DNA of 64,000 nucleotides from NCBI GenBank assembly GCA_963695555.1, contig CAVOGR010000001.1:544001-608000 (forward strand), read 5' to 3'. Below, in pieces: positions 54,165 to 64,000 of this stretch. The position numbers were made by a program, and so were the translations under genes. The notes beneath the pieces are model-generated. The model made no database searches, was not told the DNA's origin, and saw nothing but the letters and a program-made list of their open reading frames with translations. Position 1 is the stretch's first letter; each line of letters begins with the position of its first letter. The stretch comes from an uncultured Gemmatimonadales bacterium. Its GTDB lineage: Bacteria > Gemmatimonadota > Gemmatimonadetes > Gemmatimonadales > GWC2-71-9.

Positions 54165-54461
54165 ATGTGTCTCGGCATACCCGGTCGCATCATCGACATT
54201 CGCGATGACGGCGGACTTCCCATGGGCACGGTGGATTTTGCCGGGGTGCGCCGAGAGGTGTGTCTGGCCTACGTCCGAGATGAAGTGAAGCCCGGCGATT
54301 ACGCCATCGTTCACGTGGGCTTCGCTATCAGCAAAGTCGATGAGGAGGAAGCACGCCGGACCTACGAGCTGCTCAAGGAAATGAGCCAGCTCGACGAGCT
54401 CGAATGGATGGAAGAGGTGGCAGAGCAAGGGCTCGGGACGCTCGACGAGACGCCGTCATGA
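54165..54461 (+). CDS. hypC: Hydrogenase chaperone HypC
   Basis: [18 protein letters not shown]. Confidence 0.95.
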   Translation: MCLGIPGRIIDIRDDGGLPMGTVDFAGVRREVCLAYVRDEVKPGDYAIVHVGFAISKVDEEEARRTYELLKEMSQLDELEWMEEVAEQGLGTLDETPS

Positions 54462-55576
54462 AGTTCCTCACCGAGTATCGCGATCCCGCCTTGGCCCGGA
54501 GACTCATCGATCGGATCTTGAGCACGGCCACGCGGCGATGGGTCCTGATGGAAGTGTGCGGCGGTCAAACGCACACCATTGTGAAGCAGGGCATCGACGA
54601 GTTATTGGAATCCGCGATCGAGATGATTCACGGGCCCGGCTGCCCGGTCTGCGTGACACCGCTCGAGCAGATCGACAAGGCGCTCCACCTCGCGTCCCGC
54701 CCCGACGTCATTTTCACCTCGTTCGGCGACATGTTACGGGTGCCTGGCAGCACCTGTGACCTCCAACAGGTCCGCTCCCGCGGCGGGCAGGTGCGCGTGG
54801 TGTACTCGCCGCTCGATGCATTGGAACTGGCCCGAAGCAACCCCGATCGCCAAGTGGTGTTCTTCGCCGTGGGATTCGAGACGACGGCGCCGGCCAACGC
54901 CATGGCGGTCTGGCGCGCCCGCGAGCTCAATGTTTCGAATTTCAGCGTCCTGGTGTCGCACGTGACCGTACCGCCGGCCATGACGGCCATTCTCGAGTCG
55001 CCGGACAACCGGGTCGAGGGATTCCTGGCCGCGGGCCATGTGTGCACGGTGATGGGATGGACCGAATACGAGCCGATCGCCGAGCGTTACCGGGTGCCGA
55101 TCGTCGTCACCGGGTTCGAGCCGCTGGATCTCTTGGAGGGCATGTACCTGGCGATCCGGCAGCTGGAGGAGGGGCGCTACGAGGTCGAGAACCAGTATGT
55201 GCGGTCGGTGCGGCGCGCGGGCACGGTACCGGCGCGCGAGCTCGTGGCCAAGGTCTTCGAGCCGGTGGATCGGCAATGGCGTGGCATCGGCACCATTCCG
55301 CGGAGTGGATTGGGTCTCAGGCCCGAATTCTCCGATTTCGACGCGGAACTGCGATTTCGGCTGGGGGAGCTGCACGTCACCGAGCCCGAAGCATGCCGCG
55401 CCGGGGACGTACTACGCGGCCGGATCAAGCCATTCGAATGCGAAGCCTTCGGCACGCTGTGCACTCCGGAACGGCCCCTCGGCGCGCCGATGGTGTCGAC
55501 CGAGGGGGCCTGCGCGGCGTACTACAACTACGGACGTTTCCGGGCGGATCAGCATCAGGCAGCGCGCCGTGAGTGA
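54458..55576 (+). CDS. hypD: Hydrogenase formation protein HypD
   Basis: [38 protein letters not shown]. Confidence 0.95.
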   Translation: MKFLTEYRDPALARRLIDRILSTATRRWVLMEVCGGQTHTIVKQGIDELLESAIEMIHGPGCPVCVTPLEQIDKALHLASRPDVIFTSFGDMLRVPGSTCDLQQVRSRGGQVRVVYSPLDALELARSNPDRQVVFFAVGFETTAPANAMAVWRARELNVSNFSVLVSHVTVPPAMTAILESPDNRVEGFLAAGHVCTVMGWTEYEPIAERYRVPIVVTGFEPLDLLEGMYLAIRQLEEGRYEVENQYVRSVRRAGTVPARELVAKVFEPVDRQWRGIGTIPRSGLGLRPEFSDFDAELRFRLGELHVTEPEACRAGDVLRGRIKPFECEAFGTLCTPERPLGAPMVSTEGACAAYYNYGRFRADQHQAARRE

Positions 55577-56633
55577 AGACGTGTCGGTGGCATCAGGCTT
55601 GAATTGTCCGATTCCCTTCGAGGCGACCGACCGGGTTCAACTGGGTCACGGGTCGGGTGGCAAACTGAGTGCTGCCCTCCTGCGCGAACGCTTCCTGCCT
55701 CATTTCGGGAACCCCGCACTCGATCAACTCGCTGACGCCGCGGTGGTCACGTTGGGTGGAGTGGATATTGCGGTGTCCACCGACAGCTTCGTCGTGAGCC
55801 CACTCGAATTTCCCGGCGGAAACATCGGTTCCTTGGCCGTGCACGGGACCGTGAACGACCTGGCGATGATGGGGGCGCGGCCCATGTTCCTGTCCGCGGG
55901 CTTCGTCTTGGAAGAGGGGCTTCCGTTCGACGTGTTGGACCGGGTGATCCACGCCATGGCTGAAAGTGCCCGCGCGGCGGACGTGTTGGTGGTGGCGGGC
56001 GACACCAAGGTTGTCGAGCGGGGCAAGGCCGACGGATTGTTCATTAATACGGCAGGTATCGGACGGCTGGGCCCCTCGTTCCGCCCGGCTCCCGGCAATG
56101 CCCGCCCCGGCGACGTGATCCTCGTCAGCGGAGCCATCGCCCGCCACGGCATGGCCATCATGGCGGTACGCGAGGGGATCGCCTTCGACGCGCCCATCGA
56201 AAGCGATTCGGCCTCCCTCTATCCGCTGGTCCGGCTGCTCGAGCAAGCCGTGGGCACCGACGTGCACGTGCTGCGCGATCCGACGCGCGGCGGGGTCGCG
56301 AGCGCGCTCAACGAAATCGCGGCCGCCTCGAAGGTCGGGATGGCGCTCGAGGAGGGTGCGATTCCCGTTCCGGGACCGGTGGCGGGGGCCTGCGAGATGC
56401 TCGGGCTCGATCCGCTGTATGTGGCCAACGAAGGTGTCCTCATCGCCTTCGTGCCCGAACACCGGGAAGCTGAGGCACTCGAGGTGTTGCGGGCGCACCC
56501 GCTGGGGCGGGATGCCACCCGGATCGGCCAGGTGGTCGACGAGCATACCGGCTTCGTCGTGCTCCACACCGGCCTGGGCGGGCGCCGGATCGTCGACCTC
56601 CTTCCCGGTGATCAACTTCCTCGTATTTGCTGA
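55569..56633 (+). CDS. hypE: Carbamoyl dehydratase HypE
   Basis: HGSGG, TDS.VV, GTVNDL, GDTKVV, RDPTRGG, ANEG, C-terminal LPRIC. Confidence 0.95.
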   Translation: MSEDVSVASGLNCPIPFEATDRVQLGHGSGGKLSAALLRERFLPHFGNPALDQLADAAVVTLGGVDIAVSTDSFVVSPLEFPGGNIGSLAVHGTVNDLAMMGARPMFLSAGFVLEEGLPFDVLDRVIHAMAESARAADVLVVAGDTKVVERGKADGLFINTAGIGRLGPSFRPAPGNARPGDVILVSGAIARHGMAIMAVREGIAFDAPIESDSASLYPLVRLLEQAVGTDVHVLRDPTRGGVASALNEIAAASKVGMALEEGAIPVPGPVAGACEMLGLDPLYVANEGVLIAFVPEHREAEALEVLRAHPLGRDATRIGQVVDEHTGFVVLHTGLGGRRIVDLLPGDQLPRIC

Positions 56634-56705
56634 CTGCCACGCCGAGGCATTTCCGAGTAGAATTCCCCCCTCACGAATCGTGCATTTCATTGAGGAGAGC
56701 GTGGC

Positions 56706-57482
56706 ATGACGACGTCCAGTACGTGCCCGGCGTGCGGAGCCTCCGCAGCAGGGAAGTTCTGCAGCCGGTGTGGGGCGAGTCTTGGCGGAGGCTCGTGCAG
56801 CGGATGTGGCGCGGCGTTGCCGAAGGGCGTCAAGTTCTGCCCTGGCTGCGGCGCCCCGGCATCGGGTGCCGCCGTCGCCCACGTCGGCCGGACCGACCGC
56901 ACTCCCTGGATCATCGCGGCGGTTGCGACGGTGGGCCTGCTCGCCGCGCTCCTCATCATGGTCTCGCGGAGCTCCTCGGGCCGGACCCCGGACCCTCTCG
57001 GGGCGCCTGCCGCTGGTGCGGCTGTGGGAGCGGGTGGCCTGCCCGATTTGAATGCGATGGGTCCGCGTGAGCGCTTCGATCGGCTTTACAATCGAGTCAT
57101 GCGGGCGGCAGAGGGCGGAGACCCGAACACGGTGTCCAACTTCGGGCCGATGGCTCTGCAGGCGTACGACATGCTTCCGGAAGCCGACCGCGATGCCGAT
57201 GCGCGGTACCACGCGGCGATGATCCACCTCCATTCCGGCGGTGCGGCACAGGCGGTGGCCCTGGCCGACACGATTTCGGCCCAGGTCCCCGCCCATCTGT
57301 TCGGCTTCGTGATTCGTGGCACAGCGGCGAAGCTGGCGACTGACAAGGCGGCGCTGGCCAAGGAGTATGCGGGGTATCTGAAGAACTACGATGCAGAAAT
57401 GAACGTCGGCCGGCGGGAGTATGGCGAGCATCCGGCCATTCTGGAGTCGTTCCGTCAGGAGGCGCAGGCGGCCGGTGGATGA
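56706..57482 (+). CDS. Double zinc-ribbon membrane protein with helical (TPR-like) C-terminal domain
   Basis: CPACG, FCSRCG, CSGCG, FCPGCG; one TM. Confidence 0.7.
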   Translation: MTTSSTCPACGASAAGKFCSRCGASLGGGSCSGCGAALPKGVKFCPGCGAPASGAAVAHVGRTDRTPWIIAAVATVGLLAALLIMVSRSSSGRTPDPLGAPAAGAAVGAGGLPDLNAMGPRERFDRLYNRVMRAAEGGDPNTVSNFGPMALQAYDMLPEADRDADARYHAAMIHLHSGGAAQAVALADTISAQVPAHLFGFVIRGTAAKLATDKAALAKEYAGYLKNYDAEMNVGRREYGEHPAILESFRQEAQAAGG

Positions 57483-57548
57483 GCCCCGACCATTTTATAT
57501 TGCAGGGCGAACGAGTCGGAATTGATCGAGCCCGCGAGCGGAGGATAC

Positions 57549-57974
57549 ATGAAGGCCGGAACCAAGTTCTTTCTCGGAGCTGTGTTGATCGTCGGCAGCG
57601 TCGGGTTCTTGATTTTTGAAGGCGTGCGGCAGACCGGGGTCTACTTCCTGACCCCAACCGAGTTGGCGCAGAAGACTGCCCAGGATCCCACGTTCCATAG
57701 TGTCGGGCTCAAGATGGGGGCCCGGGTCGTGCCCGGCACCATCGAGCGCGATGCGGCGACCCAGACCGTCGAGTTCAGCGTGACGGATGGCACCACGTCC
57801 TACCCGGTCATCTACCAGGGCCTGGCGCCCGACACCTTCAACGACGAGCAGGAAATCGAGGTGGTGGTCGAGGGCCGATTGGGCACGGACGGGGTCTTTC
57901 ACGCCACGACCCTCCTGGCCAAGTGCGGATCTCGCTATGAAGCGGAATACGACACGGCCGAGCCTGAGGCCTGA
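57549..57974 (+). CDS. ccmE: Heme chaperone CcmE, CxxxY variant
   Basis: YFLTPTE, G.V..G.I, V.Y.G..PD.F, VVVEG, LLAKCGSRY. Confidence 0.9.
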   Translation: MKAGTKFFLGAVLIVGSVGFLIFEGVRQTGVYFLTPTELAQKTAQDPTFHSVGLKMGARVVPGTIERDAATQTVEFSVTDGTTSYPVIYQGLAPDTFNDEQEIEVVVEGRLGTDGVFHATTLLAKCGSRYEAEYDTAEPEA

Positions 57975-57977
57975 TCC

Positions 57978-59999
<2,022 letters not shown>

Positions 60000-60000
60000 C

Positions 60001-60606
60001 ATGACACGACGTCTCTCGGCGCATCACATTCTCCGGCGCGGCCTCCTGCCGCTATTCATGCTCGCGCTGGCCGGCGCGCTGGGCGCCCAAGAGGCCGCCC
60101 CGTCTTCGCAGGAGGAAGCGGGCCGGCTCTACAATCCTGGCGCGGTGCAAGAGCGCACCCCAACGGTCGACCTGGACAACGACGAGTACATCAAGGAGCT
60201 CGAGAAAGGCCTTCGCTGTACCTGCGGGTGTAACCTCGACATCTACACCTGCCGCACGACTGACTTCTCGTGCGCCACGTCGCCGGCGCTCCACCGAGAG
60301 ATCCTGGCGCTCCACAACGACGGGAAGACCGCCCAGGAAATCATGGACGACTTCGTCGCCCGGTACGGTGACGAGGTGCTGATGTCGCCGAAGCCCGAGG
60401 GGTTCAATCTGGCTGGCTATCTCGTGCCCGGCATCGTCATGGTCATAGCCGGGCTGCTGCTGACGGCGCATCTCCTGAAGAGGCGTAGGGAACAGGTGGT
60501 GGTTCCGGTGGCGGACGCGAGCGCCCCATCGATGCCGCCAGGGATCAATGGCAGTCCGGATGAGCTCGAGCGCCTGCGCCAGGAATTGCTCAGGGAGGAC
60601 GGCTGA
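60001..60606 (+). CDS. ccmH: CcmH-like apocytochrome thiol reductase
   Basis: Signal peptide; LRCTCGC; G.T..EI...FVARYG..VLM.P; TM. Confidence 0.75.
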   Translation: MTRRLSAHHILRRGLLPLFMLALAGALGAQEAAPSSQEEAGRLYNPGAVQERTPTVDLDNDEYIKELEKGLRCTCGCNLDIYTCRTTDFSCATSPALHREILALHNDGKTAQEIMDDFVARYGDEVLMSPKPEGFNLAGYLVPGIVMVIAGLLLTAHLLKRRREQVVVPVADASAPSMPPGINGSPDELERLRQELLREDG

Positions 60607-61124
60607 TGGTGTTGGAAGCGCTGGCCGCCGGCATGGTAGGTTTGCTCGCGCTCTGGTTCGTGCTCGACCCCGTGATACGTCCCGCGCCGCCGGCACCACC
60701 CATCTATGAGCCGCCCGACCCCCAGGAGACCGCGAAGGGGCAGGCGCTGGCCGCGCTCCGCGAGATCGAGTTCGATCGGGAGACCGGCAAGCTGTCGGAC
60801 GCGGACTACGATGAGCTGCGGAAGACCTACACGGCGGAAGCGCTGGTCGCGATGCGGGCCGAGGAAGGCGGGGCCGGGGCCGGCGCCGGCCCCGATGAAA
60901 TCGAGCAGATGGTTGCGGCGCGCGTCCGAGCGCTCCGCGGCGGAGCCGGCGTGGCGGACGGCGTCGTCTGCCCGACCTGCGGCCCGCGCCCCGAAGACGA
61001 GGCAGCGTTCTGTTCGTCGTGCGGACGGTCGCTGAACGGGGCCGGCGCATGCACCGGGTGCGGCGCGCCGCTCACGCCAGGCGCCCGGTTCTGCGGCAAC
61101 TGCGGAACCAAGGTTGCGGCCTGA
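60606..61124 (+). CDS. CcmI-N-like membrane protein with C-terminal double zinc ribbon
   Basis: TM; LREIEFDRETGKLSDADYDEL; CPTCG, FCSSCG, CTGCG, FCGNCG. Confidence 0.65.
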   Translation: MVLEALAAGMVGLLALWFVLDPVIRPAPPAPPIYEPPDPQETAKGQALAALREIEFDRETGKLSDADYDELRKTYTAEALVAMRAEEGGAGAGAGPDEIEQMVAARVRALRGGAGVADGVVCPTCGPRPEDEAAFCSSCGRSLNGAGACTGCGAPLTPGARFCGNCGTKVAA

Positions 61125-61193
61125 CGCTCCAATCAGCCTGACGACTCCTGCTTCTTTCATCGCTCGCCGGACCACTGAGTCTGGCGAGCGATC

Positions 61194-61805
61194 TCAGTTC
61201 CACGAGTACTTGATCCCCACGGTCACCACTCCCCTGAGCGTCCGCCGCCTGGTGAACTCGGGCGGCAGCTCACCCTCGTCGAACATCGAGCCGGTCACGG
61301 CGCCCTCCGCTCGGACTACTCCGCTCACGCCGTCTGCAACCAGGCTCTCGAGGGTGAGTGCTGCCCTGCCGCCAATCCGGCTGCGGCTCTTGGATTCGGT
61401 GACTCGCCAGAGGTCGATGACCGGCCCGGCGGCCAGGGTGATCCTTGCGTAGCGGCTCACTCGAAGGAGTCTGAACCCAAGTTCGGGAGCCACCTCGTAT
61501 CGCCTAAAGCCAAGGTCGTTGGTGATGATGGTGACTTGGGAGTCGGCAATGGTGAGGTCGCTCTGCTGGGTCCGGAGCACGAGCCCCAGGTGAAACGCGC
61601 CACTCCGGCGCGCGATGGCCAGCCCGAGCACGAGGTCGTTGGCAGGGCGGAATGCCGCCCCCGTCTGGAGGTCGCGCGATGCGCCGGATATTCCGGCCCA
61701 ACCGACCTCCGCCGAGAGACTCCACGCCCCCTGTTGTGCGGCCGCGGGAACGGGGAGTGCATAGAGAATCCCCAGCGCGAGCGCGCACAGTGACCGTCTG
61801 ATCAT
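61194..61805 (-). CDS. Small outer-membrane beta-barrel protein
   Basis: Signal peptide; ~8 amphipathic strands; C-terminal VTVGIKYSW. Confidence 0.65.
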   Translation of the reverse strand: MIRRSLCALALGILYALPVPAAAQQGAWSLSAEVGWAGISGASRDLQTGAAFRPANDLVLGLAIARRSGAFHLGLVLRTQQSDLTIADSQVTIITNDLGFRRYEVAPELGFRLLRVSRYARITLAAGPVIDLWRVTESKSRSRIGGRAALTLESLVADGVSGVVRAEGAVTGSMFDEGELPPEFTRRRTLRGVVTVGIKYSWN

Positions 61806-61841
61806 GGAGCCTCCCGATTGGTGGTTGCCGGTAACCCGTTG

Positions 61842-63089
61842 CTAACGCATTTCGAGCTTGACCCAGCCGTTTTGCTTGCTCTCGTCGAGCACCGCCCAGT
61901 TGGCGACGGGGTGGGACAGGCCGGTGACTCCGTTCTCCACTGCAAAGCCGACGATGTCGTCATTCGAGTTCAAGAAGCTGTGGAGCGCCGACAGGAAATC
62001 GGCGGCGGACTTGGCCGCGGTGAGAATGCGAGTCGCCCCGGTGGGCGTGAGCACTCTTTGGTCCTTGGCTGCTTTGTAGTCCTTGTAGACTTGTCCCAAG
62101 GCCTTCAAGACCGCGCCCGACCGGTCTTCGTCGGTTCGGATTTCGCAGGCTGCATCGTCGTCCTCCAGGACGAACACCAGGAATGCCGTGCCAGGGTTGG
62201 CCTGCTCGAAGGCGTCCATCTGGGCCGCCGTGTAGAGCCGTGCCGCGCCGGTCCACGTCAGGCTGTTCATGTCCCAGGTGTATCCCGGCGGGGCGTGCTC
62301 GCCGATGCACTGGTAGCTCTTGAGCTTGGTCGTGTCGCCTCGGGCCGCCGGGCCCATGATATGGATCTCAAACTCGGGCTTCCCCTTCAACCAACCCTCA
62401 AAATCCTTGTTGAATTGGGCATACGTGAGGGTCAGGTCGCGGATGAGCAGATTGCCGCTGCCCCCCCCGCCCCCGCCCCCGCCCCCGCCCCCGCCGGGGG
62501 GTGGGGGATCGCAGTCCAGGCACTGGGCCCCGGCGGTGCGGGTGAAGGAGGTCTCCACCGGCACCAGCGCCAGCACCGGCGTCGCTGGAGGCCGGTCCGG
62601 ATCCAGCACGGTGCGCTTGCCCCGGGTGTCGAAGGCAACGGGTGCATCGCCATCGTCGAGCGCGGTGGCCACCAGGATGTTCGCATCCCCGGTCCACCGG
62701 GCGCGGTGCTCGGCCACCGGCAGATAGATCTCGACCGGCACGGCCGCGTCCACGTCGGTTTGGAGTTGGACCTCGTTCATGCGGTTGGCGGCCGCGACCC
62801 GGCGCAGCGCGGCCTGACCGCGTCCCTGGAGAAAGGTGCGGAAGTGGAGCTTGTGCTCGACGATGGGCGAGGCATCGAGCTGAGCCTTGAGGTCCAGCCG
62901 AAACGCGTCGTCCGCGAGCGCGACGGCGAAACGCCGCGCCAGGATTTCGAGCTTGGCCTGGTCGGGCCCCTTGGCGAGCGCCGCCGTCGGTTCGTCGGCC
63001 GGGATGGTGGGCCCCGAGGCCTGGTTCTCGGAGCACGCAATTGCGGCCAACAGCACCAACCCCGCTGCCGGCCAAAGCCTCCGTGACAT
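61842..63089 (-). CDS. Two-domain lipoprotein with Pro/Gly linker, DUF3103-like
   Basis: AIAC lipobox; AFD..G....LD....P..PV; PPPP(G)11 linker; W..GKPE, EDDD, NDD. Confidence 0.5.
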   Translation of the reverse strand: MSRRLWPAAGLVLLAAIACSENQASGPTIPADEPTAALAKGPDQAKLEILARRFAVALADDAFRLDLKAQLDASPIVEHKLHFRTFLQGRGQAALRRVAAANRMNEVQLQTDVDAAVPVEIYLPVAEHRARWTGDANILVATALDDGDAPVAFDTRGKRTVLDPDRPPATPVLALVPVETSFTRTAGAQCLDCDPPPPGGGGGGGGGGGGSGNLLIRDLTLTYAQFNKDFEGWLKGKPEFEIHIMGPAARGDTTKLKSYQCIGEHAPPGYTWDMNSLTWTGAARLYTAAQMDAFEQANPGTAFLVFVLEDDDAACEIRTDEDRSGAVLKALGQVYKDYKAAKDQRVLTPTGATRILTAAKSAADFLSALHSFLNSNDDIVGFAVENGVTGLSHPVANWAVLDESKQNGWVKLEMR

Positions 63090-63221
63090 GGTTCCTCCTT
63101 GGGTTTCGAGAAGCCCGTCACGCGCGTGGTGCGGTGACGGGCGCCCAAGGTAGGGGTTGGGGCGCGAAGCGTTGGTACCGGAAGGTTGCGGAAGGCGGCG
63201 CGAAAGCGGGGAGGATGTAAC

Positions 63222-63290
63222 AGGGAGCAGGGAGTAGGAAGTGGGGAGTAGGCGATTTTCCTCGGTCCCACTCCCTACTCCCTACTCCCC
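63222..63290. repeat. Heptamer tandem repeats arranged as an inverted repeat
   Basis: AGGGAGC AGGGAGT AGGAAGT GGGGAGT AGG ... CCCACTC CCTACTC CCTACTC CCC. Confidence 0.75.
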
Positions 63291-63291
63291 T

Positions 63292-64000
63292 TTAGAATTC
63301 CATCTCACTCATGCGCTTGAGCCCGATTTTGAGGGGCACGAGGGTCGCGATGGCGCACACCGCCACTACCACGACCATCGTGAGCACGAGCTCCGGGGTC
63401 AGGCCGGGGGCCATGCCGGCTTGGCGGGCCCGAAGGTAGCCGGTGACCGGGATGGCCTCGACCACGATGACGAGCCCGAGGAGCGAGATGGTGGTCATCA
63501 TGAACACCAACCCACCGAAGCTGGTCGGGATCTGTGCCGCGTTTTCGGTCTCGAATTGGGGATAGAGGGCACCGAACCCCAGCGCAAGCGCGCTCACGGC
63601 CAGGGTGAACAGGATGATGGTGCCAATGCTCATGAACATCATGAACCCGGACGCCTGCAGCAGCGCGTTGGTGGTGATCGTCAGGATCAAGGCCAACACC
63701 AGGAGCGGGATGGTGCCGATCCAGTACTTGCTCCACATGAGGGCGCGGAGATCGAGCGGGCTCGACCGCAGCAGCCACATCTGACGGCCTTCGAGCGAGA
63801 TCGACGGGAAGATGAAGCGTGCGGCGATGGCCGCGAGCACGAAGCCCGCCAATCCCTGATTCAAAAACACGACGAGAGTCACCAGGAAGAACGGGACCTT
63901 CTCCCCGGAGAAGAGTTGGAGCGCCTGAATATTGAAGAGGTACACCACCAGCAGCACGGCGAGCAGGATGAGTTGGCTCCACTGCGTCGAGTCGCGGAAG
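63292..64000 (-). CDS. Putative ABC-2 type transporter permease (5' part outside window)
   Basis: Multiple TMs; RF.FP.ISLEGR..WLLRSSP...L.WSK. Confidence 0.75.
   Translation of the reverse strand, partial: FRDSTQWSQLILLAVLLVVYLFNIQALQLFSGEKVPFFLVTLVVFLNQGLAGFVLAAIAARFIFPSISLEGRQMWLLRSSPLDLRALMWSKYWIGTIPLLVLALILTITTNALLQASGFMMFMSIGTIILFTLAVSALALGFGALYPQFETENAAQIPTSFGGLVFMMTTISLLGLVIVVEAIPVTGYLRARQAGMAPGLTPELVLTMVVVVAVCAIATLVPLKIGLKRMSEMEF

Overview
GC-rich bacterial chromosomal window. The gene repertoire resembles Gemmatimonadota, but that is an inference and was not verified. 1-22 kb and 27-33 kb are mostly housekeeping: SbcC-like ATPase, GNAT, a 6S RNA with its own promoter and terminator, a PTPS-II/folE/SDR pterin operon, FadD, amidohydrolase, ligA, pyrimidine-nucleoside phosphorylase, Ser/Thr kinase, recF-DUF721-gyrB and glpK. 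The rest is a large respiratory region with 82 CXXCH plus 2 CX4CH heme motifs, counted by eye. (i) 22.5-26.5 kb: an intact-motif Rieske/cytochrome b module with 4-heme and 9-heme cytochromes. (ii) 33.5-46.3 kb, minus strand: a Rieske-like protein that has lost all four Fe-S ligands and its Tat motif, a PEWY-less cytochrome b, a paralogous 9-heme cytochrome, a ~22-heme NapC/NirT-anchored cytochrome, an 11-heme CbcL-like c/b fusion, a small tetraheme, and a lipoprotein cytochrome/beta-barrel/16-heme set resembling a porin-cytochrome conduit. (iii) 46.8-61.1 kb, transcribed divergently from (ii): a group 1 [NiFe] uptake hydrogenase, hyp genes (HypA lacks its Zn finger) and ccm genes (CxxxY-type CcmE). 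Together these suggest an H2-linked extracellular electron-transfer island built around a 'pseudo-Rieske' bc-type complex, with candidate sigma54 control. Many respiratory genes carry indel frameshifts that look like sequencing or consensus errors. No CRISPR array, tRNA, rRNA or mobile element was recognised.
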